From Clostridia bacterium (lineage in GTDB: Bacteria > Bacillota > Clostridia > Christensenellales > DTU072), in contig JAZRZM010000004.1 of assembly GCA_045601385.1 (NCBI GenBank), forward strand, positions 69,351 through 133,350: a stretch of DNA of 64,000 nt, written 5' to 3'. Positions 27,664 through 36,783 of this stretch are shown piece after piece. Positions within the stretch are counted from its first letter, which is position 1. Each line of letters begins with the position of its first letter. Under the pieces are notes generated by a model. That model saw nothing but the letters and a program-made list of their open reading frames with translations, ran no database searches and was not told the origin of the DNA. The position numbers and the translations under genes were made by a program.

Positions 27664-29453
27664 AAAAAGGGGTGCTGAAAGGGAAATTACAGTCTCTCGG
27701 TCGGGAAATCAAAGAACATTGGAATCAGCCTGCTCCGGGAAAATTTGTCCCTTATAAAGAATATATCAATATTTTTGCGGGGATCAGTTTTAACTACGCA
27801 TTGCGTACGCCGGTATCCTATATCAGTTTTGTCGCCGGTTGCTATCTGATCATGTACCACTACCACATACCGTATCTGACGTTTTCGGTCATTACGTTGA
27901 TCGGACTGCCGCTCGGGTATTTGTGGAAGTTTTTAAGTTGGATTGTCGGGGACAACCTCGGCTTTATGGATAAAAAGACCGATCGGACGATTTTTTGGAT
28001 CTACGTCGTCGCGGCGGCTTTGGGCGTCGCTTTGATTGCGACCGACCTCGCGCCACTATTTAATTTGAGCGAAACGTTGTCGGGCAAGATCAATTCCATG
28101 AGCGGAATCAATACGACGACGCTTATGAAGATATTCGGCGTTCAACTCCTCGCCGACAGCGGCGGCGGGTTGTGGAATATGCTTTGGGCAAAGAAACTTA
28201 TTCCCAAACACGGCAGATATAAGTACCGTATCTACTGCGATTTGTTACCGAAAGCGGCTTTATTTATTTTGATCGGTTGGTTGCCGATCGAGTCGATCGG
28301 GGACGAAGCGCAACGGGTGTGGGTGGCGTATCTTATGATCCGCCTGTTCGAGATGTTCGACTCCGAGAACAGAATAGAACACTGCGCCGGGCAAATCAGT
28401 CCGAATCCGCAAGAACGTATTATGGTCCGTACCTGGCCGGTTAAGATGGGACACTTGTTCAATTCTTTGCTCGAATTCGTCGTTCCCATCGTTATCGCCT
28501 GGTTCCCGGACGGTTTTGCCGATATGGGCATATACCGCTACGTTATGCCGGCGACGTTTATTCTGTGCGCGGTTTGCACTTATATTTTCGCTCCGAAAGT
28601 CAAAGAGAGAATACCGCAGCCGCCGTTGGATAAAAAAGTCAAAATAAACTTTTGGGACGGTGCGTTCGGCGTCATGCGGAATAAGTACCAATGGGTAAAC
28701 ACCATCGTAAACACCATCGATTCTCTCGGGAACGGTATGCTCGATATCACCATTGTCATCTTGTTGTATACCATGCGTGCCGACGGTATCGTATATAGCC
28801 TTATTGTTACCGTCTTGTCAATAGCCGGCAGCGCGCCGTCTTTCTTTGCTCCGTATTTTCTGAAACGCTTTTCTTACAAACAAATCCGTATTTTCGGACA
28901 ATTGGCGGCAGGTACGGTCAGTGCGCTTTATATCGTCATATTGTATTTTTGCGGCTCGAATTACACTCTTATGAGCGCGTTGTTGGTTATTTTGCGTATG
29001 GCGGCGAACTTCTGCAACGAGATACCGTCCGTAGCCAGACAGGATATGGAAGAAAGACTGTATGACTATCAAATGTATCTTTCGGGAGAAAGGCTGCAAA
29101 ATTTCACCGGAATTTTCACCATGCTCAGCAGTCCTATCACTACGCTTGTCGGCTTGCTTATTCCTCTTATCTTGTTGAAAAACGGCTTTAATAACAACTG
29201 GGACATTCTGTTCGTGGATTCCGCGCGTTTTACGATTCTTGCCGTTCCGATCGCTATCGATACCGTCGGACACTATTTAATGTTAATTCCGTTTTTGTTT
29301 TGGGATTATGACGGCGAAAAGCACGCTAAAGTCATTAAAGAACTGAACCGCCGCGCAAAAATCCTCGGCGGACAGGTTTACGCGAACGACGCCGCGCCGC
29401 AACCGGCACCGCAAACGGTCGCGGAAGTCGCCGCTTCCGCAGAAAATCAATAA
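27660..29453 (+). CDS. Polytopic membrane protein, putative GPH/MFS-like transporter (paralog B)
   Basis: Colinear with paralog A over nearly the full length, with roughly three quarters of residues identical by eye. ATGA overlap with paralog A. It has a unique A/P/Q-rich tail. Confidence 0.55.
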   Translation: MKKGVLKGKLQSLGREIKEHWNQPAPGKFVPYKEYINIFAGISFNYALRTPVSYISFVAGCYLIMYHYHIPYLTFSVITLIGLPLGYLWKFLSWIVGDNLGFMDKKTDRTIFWIYVVAAALGVALIATDLAPLFNLSETLSGKINSMSGINTTTLMKIFGVQLLADSGGGLWNMLWAKKLIPKHGRYKYRIYCDLLPKAALFILIGWLPIESIGDEAQRVWVAYLMIRLFEMFDSENRIEHCAGQISPNPQERIMVRTWPVKMGHLFNSLLEFVVPIVIAWFPDGFADMGIYRYVMPATFILCAVCTYIFAPKVKERIPQPPLDKKVKINFWDGAFGVMRNKYQWVNTIVNTIDSLGNGMLDITIVILLYTMRADGIVYSLIVTVLSIAGSAPSFFAPYFLKRFSYKQIRIFGQLAAGTVSALYIVILYFCGSNYTLMSALLVILRMAANFCNEIPSVARQDMEERLYDYQMYLSGERLQNFTGIFTMLSSPITTLVGLLIPLILLKNGFNNNWDILFVDSARFTILAVPIAIDTVGHYLMLIPFLFWDYDGEKHAKVIKELNRRAKILGGQVYANDAAPQPAPQTVAEVAASAENQ

Positions 29454-29472
29454 ACGTGATCCGCCTGACGAT

Positions 29473-29507
29473 AGGGCGCGACGAGGATATGCGTCGCGCC
29501 CTTTTTG
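29473..29507 (+). terminator. Rho-independent terminator
   Basis: Stem AGGGCGCGACG (29473-29483) / CGTCGCGCCCT (29492-29502), followed by TTTTTG. Confidence 0.75.
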
Positions 29508-29582
29508 TATAATTTTTTCCGTTAAGTCAATACTTATTTTGGCAATCCGTAAAAAATTTTTTTGAAAATGTAAAACAAATCC

Positions 29583-29611
29583 TTGACAGGACGAAAAAAA
29601 CGTGTTACGAT
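29583..29611 (+). promoter_or_regulatory. Sigma-A promoter of hsp20
   Basis: TTGACA (29583-29588), 17 nt ending in TGt, TACGAT (29606-29611). Confidence 0.55.
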
Positions 29612-29612
29612 A

Positions 29613-29639
29613 TTAGCAGTCAAAGGCAATGAGTGCTAA
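29613..29639 (+). promoter_or_regulatory. CIRCE operator (HrcA binding site)
   Basis: TTAGCAGTC-N9-GAGTGCTAA against the consensus TTAGCACTC-N9-GAGTGCTAA (one mismatch). It starts 2 nt after the -10 hexamer. Confidence 0.85.
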
Positions 29640-29688
29640 CAAAATATAGCGCGGATTGCTAAAAAAATAAAAAAGAGGAGAGAGAGAA

Positions 29689-30090
29689 ATGAAAAACTAC
29701 ATTATTAAAAGGAACGATTTATTCGGAGACGCGTTTGACGGTTTGTTCCGTCCTTTTTTCCCGACGGTGGCAAAGGACCTGATGCGGACGGACATACGGG
29801 AGAACGAAGGGGAATACGTATTTGACGTGGAGATTCCCGGGTTCAGCAAAGAAGAGATTACCGTATCTTATGAGGACGGCTATCTCGGAATCGGTGCAAA
29901 ACGCGCCGACAGCGAAGGTGACGTCGAATTTTTGCGCAAAGAGCGGAACGTCTCCTGCGAACGTAATTTTTACGTTGGCGAAGTGGACGAAAAAGGTATC
30001 AAGGCAAAATACGAAAACGGCGTTTTGACGGTTTGCGTACCGAAGAAACAACCGGAAAGGGTTGCCCCCCACAATATCGCCATCGAATAA
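29689..30090 (+). CDS. Hsp20/alpha-crystallin small heat-shock protein
   Basis: 133 aa. TDIRENEGEYVFDVEIPGFSKEEITVSYEDGYLGI.AKR.......F.R.ER.......F.....VDE..IKAKYENGVL.V..PK is the alpha-crystallin domain. Confidence 0.9.
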   Translation: MKNYIIKRNDLFGDAFDGLFRPFFPTVAKDLMRTDIRENEGEYVFDVEIPGFSKEEITVSYEDGYLGIGAKRADSEGDVEFLRKERNVSCERNFYVGEVDEKGIKAKYENGVLTVCVPKKQPERVAPHNIAIE

Positions 30091-30099
30091 TCGGAACAG

Positions 30100-30188
30100 A
30101 CTGTTTGGACGATTTCACCCGAAGCGTTCACTTGCAGTGCTTCTTGCACGGCGGCGTTCCGTTTCGACCGAAATCCCCGGCGTTCCGC
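30100..30188. repeat. Solitary copy of the hairpin repeat family seen at 12918-13200
   Basis: CCCGAAGCGTTCACTTGCAGTGCTTCTTGCACGGCGGCGTTCCGTTTCGACCGAAAT aligns with the 12935-12993 core. A compensatory A:T to G:C change occurs in the central stem. Confidence 0.75.
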
Positions 30189-30240
30189 TGCGAAAGAGAA
30201 CCGTTAAAGCCGTTCACCGAAAAAGAGGGAACGATGAACG

Positions 30241-30283
30241 AAAAAAAGACTGTCGTCATATTGGCGACAGTCTTTTTATTTTC
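30241..30283. terminator. Bidirectional hairpin terminator between convergent hsp20 and the coiled-coil gene
   Basis: 10-bp stem AAGACTGTCG (30246-30255) / CGACAGTCTT (30265-30274), flanked by an A-run upstream and a T-run downstream. Confidence 0.65.
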
Positions 30284-30316
30284 TTATATATAATATGGAT
30301 AAGAAAGCGGGCTTTA

Positions 30317-33300
30317 TTATGCCCCGAATACAGGCGATACGTTGTTTTTGTCGGCGTATTCGATGATTTTCGCAAACAGCGTCATATCCTGCGGTTTCGG
30401 CGCGTTGATATGAACGATGCGCGAATAGGAAGGACAGCCGAGAGCGTCGAGAACGGTGTTTTCGGCGGCGGCGGCGCAGACAGTCAGCAGGCTGAGTATA
30501 TCGTTGTTCGGAACGGAAACTTCCGTTTCGAGTCCATCGCCGTTGTCTTGGAAGAGAGCAAGGCGGTTGCCGACGGGTTTGACCGAATAGGTGCGGTCGA
30601 AGCGCGACATTTCGTGCGTAATAAGGCTGGCGTACAAATGCGCGATATCCTTTTTCTGACAAGCGGATACGATATTGTATTTAACGATAGCCACATCCAA
30701 TACTTTCTGAATGGCTTTCTTCTTTTCTTTTGCCATATCGGCGAGGTTTTGTTGATTGCAAAGGGCGATCAGATCTTCCGTCCGTTCCGCTATCAGAGCG
30801 CGCGCGTCGTCCCAAGCGGCTTGATTTTCGGCAAGTTTGCGTTGAATTGCCTCGTTCTCGGCGATTAAGCGGTCGTATTCTTCGCATTTTGCGGCGTACT
30901 TGGTAATGTCGAGTTCGTGCTGAACGGTGTCGTTTAAGATATCGTCTTCGTCTTCCGCGCTGAGGACGTCTTTTTTCAGATCGCGGATCAGTTCTCTCGT
31001 CGGCGTTTCGCCTTTGAAAGGACTGAGTTGTTGCAACATACCGAGGACGTCGTTATTATGGTCGATTTGTTCTTTTAGCGCGGTCGTTTCGGAAATCATT
31101 TTGTTCAGTTCGATACGCTTCGATTCCAATAAACGGGCGGTTGCGGCGACGGATTCGACCGCTTTTTGTTTCGCTTGTTCTTCTTCGCGGATCTGATCGA
31201 GGATCATAACGAGTTGTTTGCCCGAGTACATAACGCAAAGTTGCGCCAGGGTATATTGGTTGCCGTCTTCTTCATAGAGGTAATCCCGTCTTTGCAGATC
31301 GGCGAGTTCTTTTCTGACTTCGGCAAGTTCTGCGTTCAGGTCGGCTTGTTTTGCCCAAAGATCTTTGAGTTCGGAGACGATGATGTCTTCGGTCTGCTCG
31401 GTTTCGTTGAGGATGCCGAACCATTCGGCGGGCGTTTTGCCGCCCATGGCGGGCGCGATTTTTTCCAGCGTGCTTTCGTGCTTCTTCGTCAAGTCGGCGA
31501 TTTCGGAAAGGACGGCGTTTTCTTTTTCGAGCGTTTCCGTGGACATGACCGTGATGATGTCGCCGAGTTTCTTTGCGTTGGAACCGGTGACGACTTCTTC
31601 CGAAGAGTAGCCGGTCATATCGGCGAGGTTCTCGGCAAACACATTGATGTCGTGTTGCAATTCGTCCAAAAGTCTCGACAGCGAGTCGTGATCGGTCGCG
31701 CCGGCTTCGGCGTACAGATTATTCAGAAGAGCGGTCTTGGCAAGTTTGGTTTCTTCCAGGCTCTTGCTGTAAGATTTTCCGTCGTCGATACGCGTTTGGA
31801 GTACGCCCATACGGGTATAGATCGTCTTTAATTTTTCTTGATATTCGGCGAGGATCGCTTTTACTTCCATTAGCGGAGCCGATTCGGCTTCGATTTGCGT
31901 CTGAATATCGTTGAACGCTTCGGTCGTGTCGAATTTTTCGGTTACGACGGCGTCGCAAATGGGACATTTGTTACCGTATTCGAGACGAGAGATGTCGTCG
32001 AGGTGATAGAGTTGCGCGCGAAGAGCCAAAATGGCTTTTTCCTTTTCGCTAACCTGTTCCTGCGCTTTTTCGGTGTATTGCAGGAGCGTCTCTTTGGCGC
32101 GTTCGAGCGCAACGAGTTTTTCTTCGTTTTCGCGGACGGATTCGCGGTTTTCTTCGATTTTTTTGTCAATGGCTTCCAGTTCCTGCAAGATGCCCGCGCA
32201 TACGATCTGATTACGATACAGATCCTGACGGCGGTGGATCAAAGCGTTATACTGTTCGCGACGGGCGGTCAAAGAACTGTCTCCGTCGGAAAAGGCTTCG
32301 TGCTTCGACTTCGCCATGGTGTACTTGTCGATGTTTTCGGCGCGGAGCGCGTTCAGGTCGGCGGTGGTCTTCTCATTCGCGTAGACGAGCGCGTTGAGCG
32401 TTTCCGTCATATTGTAGTCTTCTTGTAACATAGCGTCGGTGACGCCGTTGTCGCGAACCGATTTTTTGAAAGCGGAAGCAAAATGCACCCCTTCGAAGTC
32501 CTTTTTCTTGCTCTCGATTTCTTTTTCGAGGTCCGCTATTTGTTGCGAAAGCAGTTGTTCGCGTTCTTGAAGCAGATTGATCTTTGCGACGACTTCGGAA
32601 ACGGAGCGTTCGATTTCCGTCATCAGGACCGTGTTTTTGCCGGCGACGCCGTTATCCTGCGCTTTTTCGGCAAGGACGGTATAGAGCGCCTTGATTTTAT
32701 TCAGGCACGCATGGTATTCGTTTTGCAGATTGACCAAATGCCGTTCGCCGATTTCCAATTCTTTTTTACGGCGATCGATTTCTTCGCTGTTGGCGGCGAC
32801 TGCGTCTTCAAAAGTCTTCGTTTCGGCAATCAGTTCGCCCGCTCTTTCCCAAAAAGCGATTTTGGCTTTGGCGTCGCGGCTCTTCCAGACTTTTTGTTCC
32901 AGTTCGCGGTCTGTTTCGCGTTGACGAATGGCGTTGTCGAGACGATTTTTGTTGTCGTCGAAATCGCGGATGTTGCGGACGTTATTTTTGCCGATTTGGA
33001 TTTCGGCGGCAAGGTCGTCGGCTTTTTCCTGCAAAGCCTTTATCTCGTCGCGTACCTCTTTGATACGGTCGTCGATATCGTCGGGCGTTTCTTTTTGCAG
33101 ATTTTCAAAAACGGAAACGGAGGTTTCGTACGCGCTGATTTCTTTGGCGTGAATGGCGGCGGTCGAGGCTTTGTCGGCTTCCGTCACGGAAAGTTTGTGG
33201 CACACCTTGTCGAAGTGGGCGAGCGCGTCGGAAGCTATCTCGCGGTAAGAATCGGGAAAAGCGGCGAGCGAAAGCCACTCTTCGGTCGAAAGGTGAAAAA

Positions 33301-33664
33301 CCGATTCCAATTCGCGGCCGATGGCGGCGGAGCCCGTTATCGTTTCGTCATCTTTCTTCAACGTGAGCGAATGTGTGGCGAACTTCCGCGTCAGGACGTA
33401 GTTATGTTCGTCCGAACCGAACGTAAAAGCGATCTCGCCCGACGGGAAGGTGTCCGCGCCGTCGAAAAGCCAGGTAAAGAGCTTTTTGATGCGCTTGACA
33501 TCCGTTTCGGTATAAGCCGCTCTTTCGGGATCGAACGAAAAACCGTCGTCCTGTCTTTTCGAGAAAAGGACGTATTCGATCGAAGAATCGAGCGTGCCGA
33601 CAATGGCGTCCGTCGTTTTTTCGCAAATGCCGTTGACTGTTAACTTTTTAGGTATCATATCCAA
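30317..33664 (-). CDS. Rad50/SbcC-like long coiled-coil protein with a central CxxC hook; ATPase motifs not recognisable
   Basis: 1115 aa. Long heptad-like E/K/L/A/Q-rich stretches. CPIC is at residues 567-570 (nt 31955-31966), almost exactly mid-protein. There is no GxxxxGK[ST] in the N-terminal globular part and no clear LSGG / hhhhDE at the C-terminus. Confidence 0.6.
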   Translation of the reverse strand: MDMIPKKLTVNGICEKTTDAIVGTLDSSIEYVLFSKRQDDGFSFDPERAAYTETDVKRIKKLFTWLFDGADTFPSGEIAFTFGSDEHNYVLTRKFATHSLTLKKDDETITGSAAIGRELESVFHLSTEEWLSLAAFPDSYREIASDALAHFDKVCHKLSVTEADKASTAAIHAKEISAYETSVSVFENLQKETPDDIDDRIKEVRDEIKALQEKADDLAAEIQIGKNNVRNIRDFDDNKNRLDNAIRQRETDRELEQKVWKSRDAKAKIAFWERAGELIAETKTFEDAVAANSEEIDRRKKELEIGERHLVNLQNEYHACLNKIKALYTVLAEKAQDNGVAGKNTVLMTEIERSVSEVVAKINLLQEREQLLSQQIADLEKEIESKKKDFEGVHFASAFKKSVRDNGVTDAMLQEDYNMTETLNALVYANEKTTADLNALRAENIDKYTMAKSKHEAFSDGDSSLTARREQYNALIHRRQDLYRNQIVCAGILQELEAIDKKIEENRESVRENEEKLVALERAKETLLQYTEKAQEQVSEKEKAILALRAQLYHLDDISRLEYGNKCPICDAVVTEKFDTTEAFNDIQTQIEAESAPLMEVKAILAEYQEKLKTIYTRMGVLQTRIDDGKSYSKSLEETKLAKTALLNNLYAEAGATDHDSLSRLLDELQHDINVFAENLADMTGYSSEEVVTGSNAKKLGDIITVMSTETLEKENAVLSEIADLTKKHESTLEKIAPAMGGKTPAEWFGILNETEQTEDIIVSELKDLWAKQADLNAELAEVRKELADLQRRDYLYEEDGNQYTLAQLCVMYSGKQLVMILDQIREEEQAKQKAVESVAATARLLESKRIELNKMISETTALKEQIDHNNDVLGMLQQLSPFKGETPTRELIRDLKKDVLSAEDEDDILNDTVQHELDITKYAAKCEEYDRLIAENEAIQRKLAENQAAWDDARALIAERTEDLIALCNQQNLADMAKEKKKAIQKVLDVAIVKYNIVSACQKKDIAHLYASLITHEMSRFDRTYSVKPVGNRLALFQDNGDGLETEVSVPNNDILSLLTVCAAAAENTVLDALGCPSYSRIVHINAPKPQDMTLFAKIIEYADKNNVSPVFGA

Positions 33665-33867
33665 AGCCTCCGTTTGTTTGCCTTTGCCGTTTTTTGCCGA
33701 ATTTTTTTTCGGAAACAGTGGCGAAACGGCAAATTGTGTGGTATACTCATAGTCACACGTGATCGGAAATGCGGGTTCGCATTGCCCAATACCGTATAGT
33801 AATATATATTATACACAATATTCAGCATCTTTGCAAGATGTAGACAACAATTTTTCGGAGAAATTTT

Positions 33868-35289
33868 ATGGGATTTGTCAAAATCAGCGGCGAATATATG
33901 CGTCGGGCGTTCACGTCGGTGGATAACGTCTTCATAAGAGACTATCTTCCCGAAGCGAACGCGGAAGACGTGAGGATCTATCTTTACGGGCTTTCAAACG
34001 CGGAAAGCGAGGATTGCTCGGTCGAATCCGTCGCCGAAAAACTGCAACTGACGCGCCAAAGGGTACTGGACGGCTTTGCGTATTGGGCGCAAAAAGGGCT
34101 TGTGTCCCTTTCTGCCGTTGAGCCCGTTACGGTTACTTATTTGCCTGTTCGGGCGCCCGAACCGGCGATTATTAAGGTTCATGCCGAAAAATACAAGACG
34201 TTTGCCGAAGAGGCGGCGCGCATTTATCCCGAACGTGTATTGATGCCGAACGATCTCAATACGTATATAGAATTGATGCACACCGAAAAAATTGAAGTCA
34301 ACGCGATGCTGCTTGTCATGCAGTATTGCAAAGATCTCGGCGGAGGCAAAACGGGGACAAAATATGTCTGCGCCGTGGCAAAAGCGTGGGCGCAAGCGGG
34401 CTTTGCGACCGAAAAACAGGTTGCCGACCACATTGCCGAATTGGAAAATAACAACGAGCAAATCCGCGTTCTGTTCGAGACGTTGGGACTGAAACGCGCC
34501 GCGTGCGTCGACGACCGACAGATGTATTATCGTTGGGTGGGCGACGGCTTTTCGCAAGACGCCATTCTGACGGCGGCAAGATCGCGAAAGAAAAAAGGCG
34601 GCATGGAAAAACTCGACCTTTATATGGAAGAACTGAAAAAGGCGAACGCCATGACCGCCGCGGAGATAGCCTGCTATACCGAAAACAAGGAAAAAATCCA
34701 TAATCTCGCTATCGAGATATGCAAGAATCTCGGCGTATACTATTCCAATACCGAAAACCTGACCGAGGTGTATATTTTGCCGTGGATCGGGCGCGGTTTT
34801 GAGCCGGAAGCGTTGCTGCGGCTGTCAAAATATTGCTTTTTGCGAAACGTGCACACTTTCGACGTCATGTGTCAGATGGTGGAAAAAATCGCGGCGATCG
34901 GGCTTTTTACCGAAAGCGAAATCACGTCTTACGTCGATCGGCAAATCGCTTTGGACGAAACGGTGCGTAAGGTGTACGACGTGAGCGGATATGTCGGAGC
35001 GATCACCAATCGGGATCGGGACGCGTATAAAACGTGGATCGAGTGGGGGTACGATGAGGAGACGATTCTTGCCGTCGCGGAGCATTTTGCCGGGACGACT
35101 TTCCCCATGCAGTCTATCGGAAGGACTATGGGCACTTTGCGTGCAAATAAGATTTTTTCCAAGGAAGCAGCCGTTTCGTTTTTGAAGAGAGACGGACAAA
35201 AACAGGGTGTGAAAGAAGAATTCCAAAGACATCAATATTCGGAAGAACGCCTGAAAAATGCGCTTATCAATTTTGACAACTGGGAGTAA
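33868..35289 (+). CDS. DnaD-domain replication initiation / membrane attachment protein (Firmicute DnaB/DnaD type)
   Basis: N-terminal winged-helix-like region (FIRDYLP.A....V.IYLYGL), then DnaD-like repeats (..YI.....W...G..T...V..HI.E). It lies immediately upstream of a DnaI-like loader, as in the Firmicute dnaB-dnaI arrangement. Confidence 0.65.
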   Translation: MGFVKISGEYMRRAFTSVDNVFIRDYLPEANAEDVRIYLYGLSNAESEDCSVESVAEKLQLTRQRVLDGFAYWAQKGLVSLSAVEPVTVTYLPVRAPEPAIIKVHAEKYKTFAEEAARIYPERVLMPNDLNTYIELMHTEKIEVNAMLLVMQYCKDLGGGKTGTKYVCAVAKAWAQAGFATEKQVADHIAELENNNEQIRVLFETLGLKRAACVDDRQMYYRWVGDGFSQDAILTAARSRKKKGGMEKLDLYMEELKKANAMTAAEIACYTENKEKIHNLAIEICKNLGVYYSNTENLTEVYILPWIGRGFEPEALLRLSKYCFLRNVHTFDVMCQMVEKIAAIGLFTESEITSYVDRQIALDETVRKVYDVSGYVGAITNRDRDAYKTWIEWGYDEETILAVAEHFAGTTFPMQSIGRTMGTLRANKIFSKEAAVSFLKRDGQKQGVKEEFQRHQYSEERLKNALINFDNWE

Positions 35290-35292
35290 AAT

Positions 35293-36195
35293 ATGAACGT
35301 ACGGGAAAAGGCGTATGCCTATATAAAAAATCGGGCAAGGACTCAAAAAGAAGAGCGAGCTGCCGCGCTGGGAAAACTGCGCGAGGACGAAAAATTCGAC
35401 GATATGTACCGTGCGCTCAATTCCCTTCGGTGGGACGTCGCGCGAAAAGACGGCGAAGAAAAAGAAAAAGCGAAAGCGCAATGCGAGCGTGTAAAAAAAG
35501 AGTTGGTCGACTACTTAATCTCGAAAGGGTATTCCGAAGACTTGCTTTCGGATGCCGAAATCTGCAATAAATGCCACGACACCGGCGTTTGCGACGGTAA
35601 AATGTGCGAGTGTGCGGAAAAAGTGAGAATCGACATAACGCGGCAGAAAAACCCTCTTTTACGCGGCCTTGCGGATTCGCATGAAAAAATCGATTTTTCC
35701 TTTTATCGCGGCTGTGAAAAAAATTACAAAATATACGCCGATTTTATCGAAAAAAAATTCGTCCAAGGCGACTTGAATTATGTTGTTTTGTCGGGAAAAC
35801 CGGGGACGGCGAAGAGTTATCTTGCAAGTGTTTTTACAAACGAAATGCTTGTTTCGGGTAATGACGTTCGTGCGGTAAACGCCCTTGAAATGAACAAAAT
35901 CTTTCTTGCCTATCACTGCGCTTTTTTGGAAAATAAACAAGAAATATGGGACGAATTGGTCGAGCCGGACGTGCTGTTTATTGACGATCTCGGCGTCGAA
36001 CCGCTGCTGAATAACGTGACTTTGCCGTGCTTGTACGCTCTTCTGGTCGAGCGCATGGAAAAGAAAACCATTATTACGACCAACCTCGGCGTGGTCGAGA
36101 CCGAAAAAAAATACGATCAACGGATTGTCAGTCGCCTGCTGGATAAAAGACGGGGTGCAATGCTTCCGATCGAGGGGGACGATTTCCGTTTTTAA
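35293..36195 (+). CDS. DnaI/DnaC-like helicase loader ATPase
   Basis: N-terminal Cys cluster (CNKCHDTGVCDGKMCEC). The Walker A-like motif is SGKPGTAKS (Ala where Gly is usual), Walker B is VLFIDDLG, and the tail is IstB/DnaC-like. Confidence 0.7.
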   Translation: MNVREKAYAYIKNRARTQKEERAAALGKLREDEKFDDMYRALNSLRWDVARKDGEEKEKAKAQCERVKKELVDYLISKGYSEDLLSDAEICNKCHDTGVCDGKMCECAEKVRIDITRQKNPLLRGLADSHEKIDFSFYRGCEKNYKIYADFIEKKFVQGDLNYVVLSGKPGTAKSYLASVFTNEMLVSGNDVRAVNALEMNKIFLAYHCAFLENKQEIWDELVEPDVLFIDDLGVEPLLNNVTLPCLYALLVERMEKKTIITTNLGVVETEKKYDQRIVSRLLDKRRGAMLPIEGDDFRF

Positions 36196-36204
36196 GGGGG
36201 AAAT

Positions 36205-36783
36205 ATGGTTACAAAAAAAATAGTTTCCGTTATCGGCGACGCCTTTGTGGAAGTCGGATCGCCGCGCTACGAACTTGCTTTTAAGGTAGGGAAAGCCCTG
36301 GTTGACAACGGCTATCGGGTGCAAACGGGCGGTTTGAACGGCGTTATGGCTGCGGCGAGCGCCGGGGCAAAATCGTCCGAAAAATACAAAGAAGGGGACG
36401 TTATCGCCCTTGTTCCGTCTTTTGACAGTGAAACGGCGAACGAATTTGCCGATATCGTCATTCCGACGGGGCTTGACGTATTCCGCAACGTTATCGTGGC
36501 GAACGCTTATGCCGTCATCGCCGTCGGCGGCGGTGCGGGGACGCTGTGCGAAATGGCGAACGCCTGGTCGCTGAAACGGCTCCTTATCGGAATGTGCGGA
36601 ACGGGCGGCTGGTCGGAAAAACTTGCGGGGCAGAAACTCGACGAGCGCGTCCGCTATGAAAACATGCCCGACGACTGCGTTTTCGGGGCGTATACGGCGG
36701 AAGAAGCCGTTGCCGTTCTGAATGAAAAAATCGGTTTATATACCGCGCGGCATACGGGTATACCGTATCGGAGACAACTATGA
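36205..36783 (+). CDS. TIGR00725 / LOG-like (SLOG Rossmann) family protein
   Basis: V.VIG.......Y..A...G..L...G....TGG..GVM.A...GA......G..I...P..........IPTG....RN......A.AVIAV.GG.GTL.E pattern. Confidence 0.6.
   Translation: MVTKKIVSVIGDAFVEVGSPRYELAFKVGKALVDNGYRVQTGGLNGVMAAASAGAKSSEKYKEGDVIALVPSFDSETANEFADIVIPTGLDVFRNVIVANAYAVIAVGGGAGTLCEMANAWSLKRLLIGMCGTGGWSEKLAGQKLDERVRYENMPDDCVFGAYTAEEAVAVLNEKIGLYTARHTGIPYRRQL

Noticed and set aside
31433-31456. APAMGGKT in the coiled-coil protein matches the PROSITE-style P-loop pattern [AG]x4GK[ST].
   Set aside because: It lies about 740 residues into the protein, in the middle of the coiled-coil arm and not in a globular head. It lacks the preceding beta-strand context. 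This is most likely a chance match.
33730-33760. TGTGGTATA resembling a DnaA box next to the dnaD-like gene.
   Set aside because: It is a single 7/9 match that also forms an extended -10 (TGgTATACT). There is no cluster of boxes or A/T-rich unwinding element, so no origin is called.
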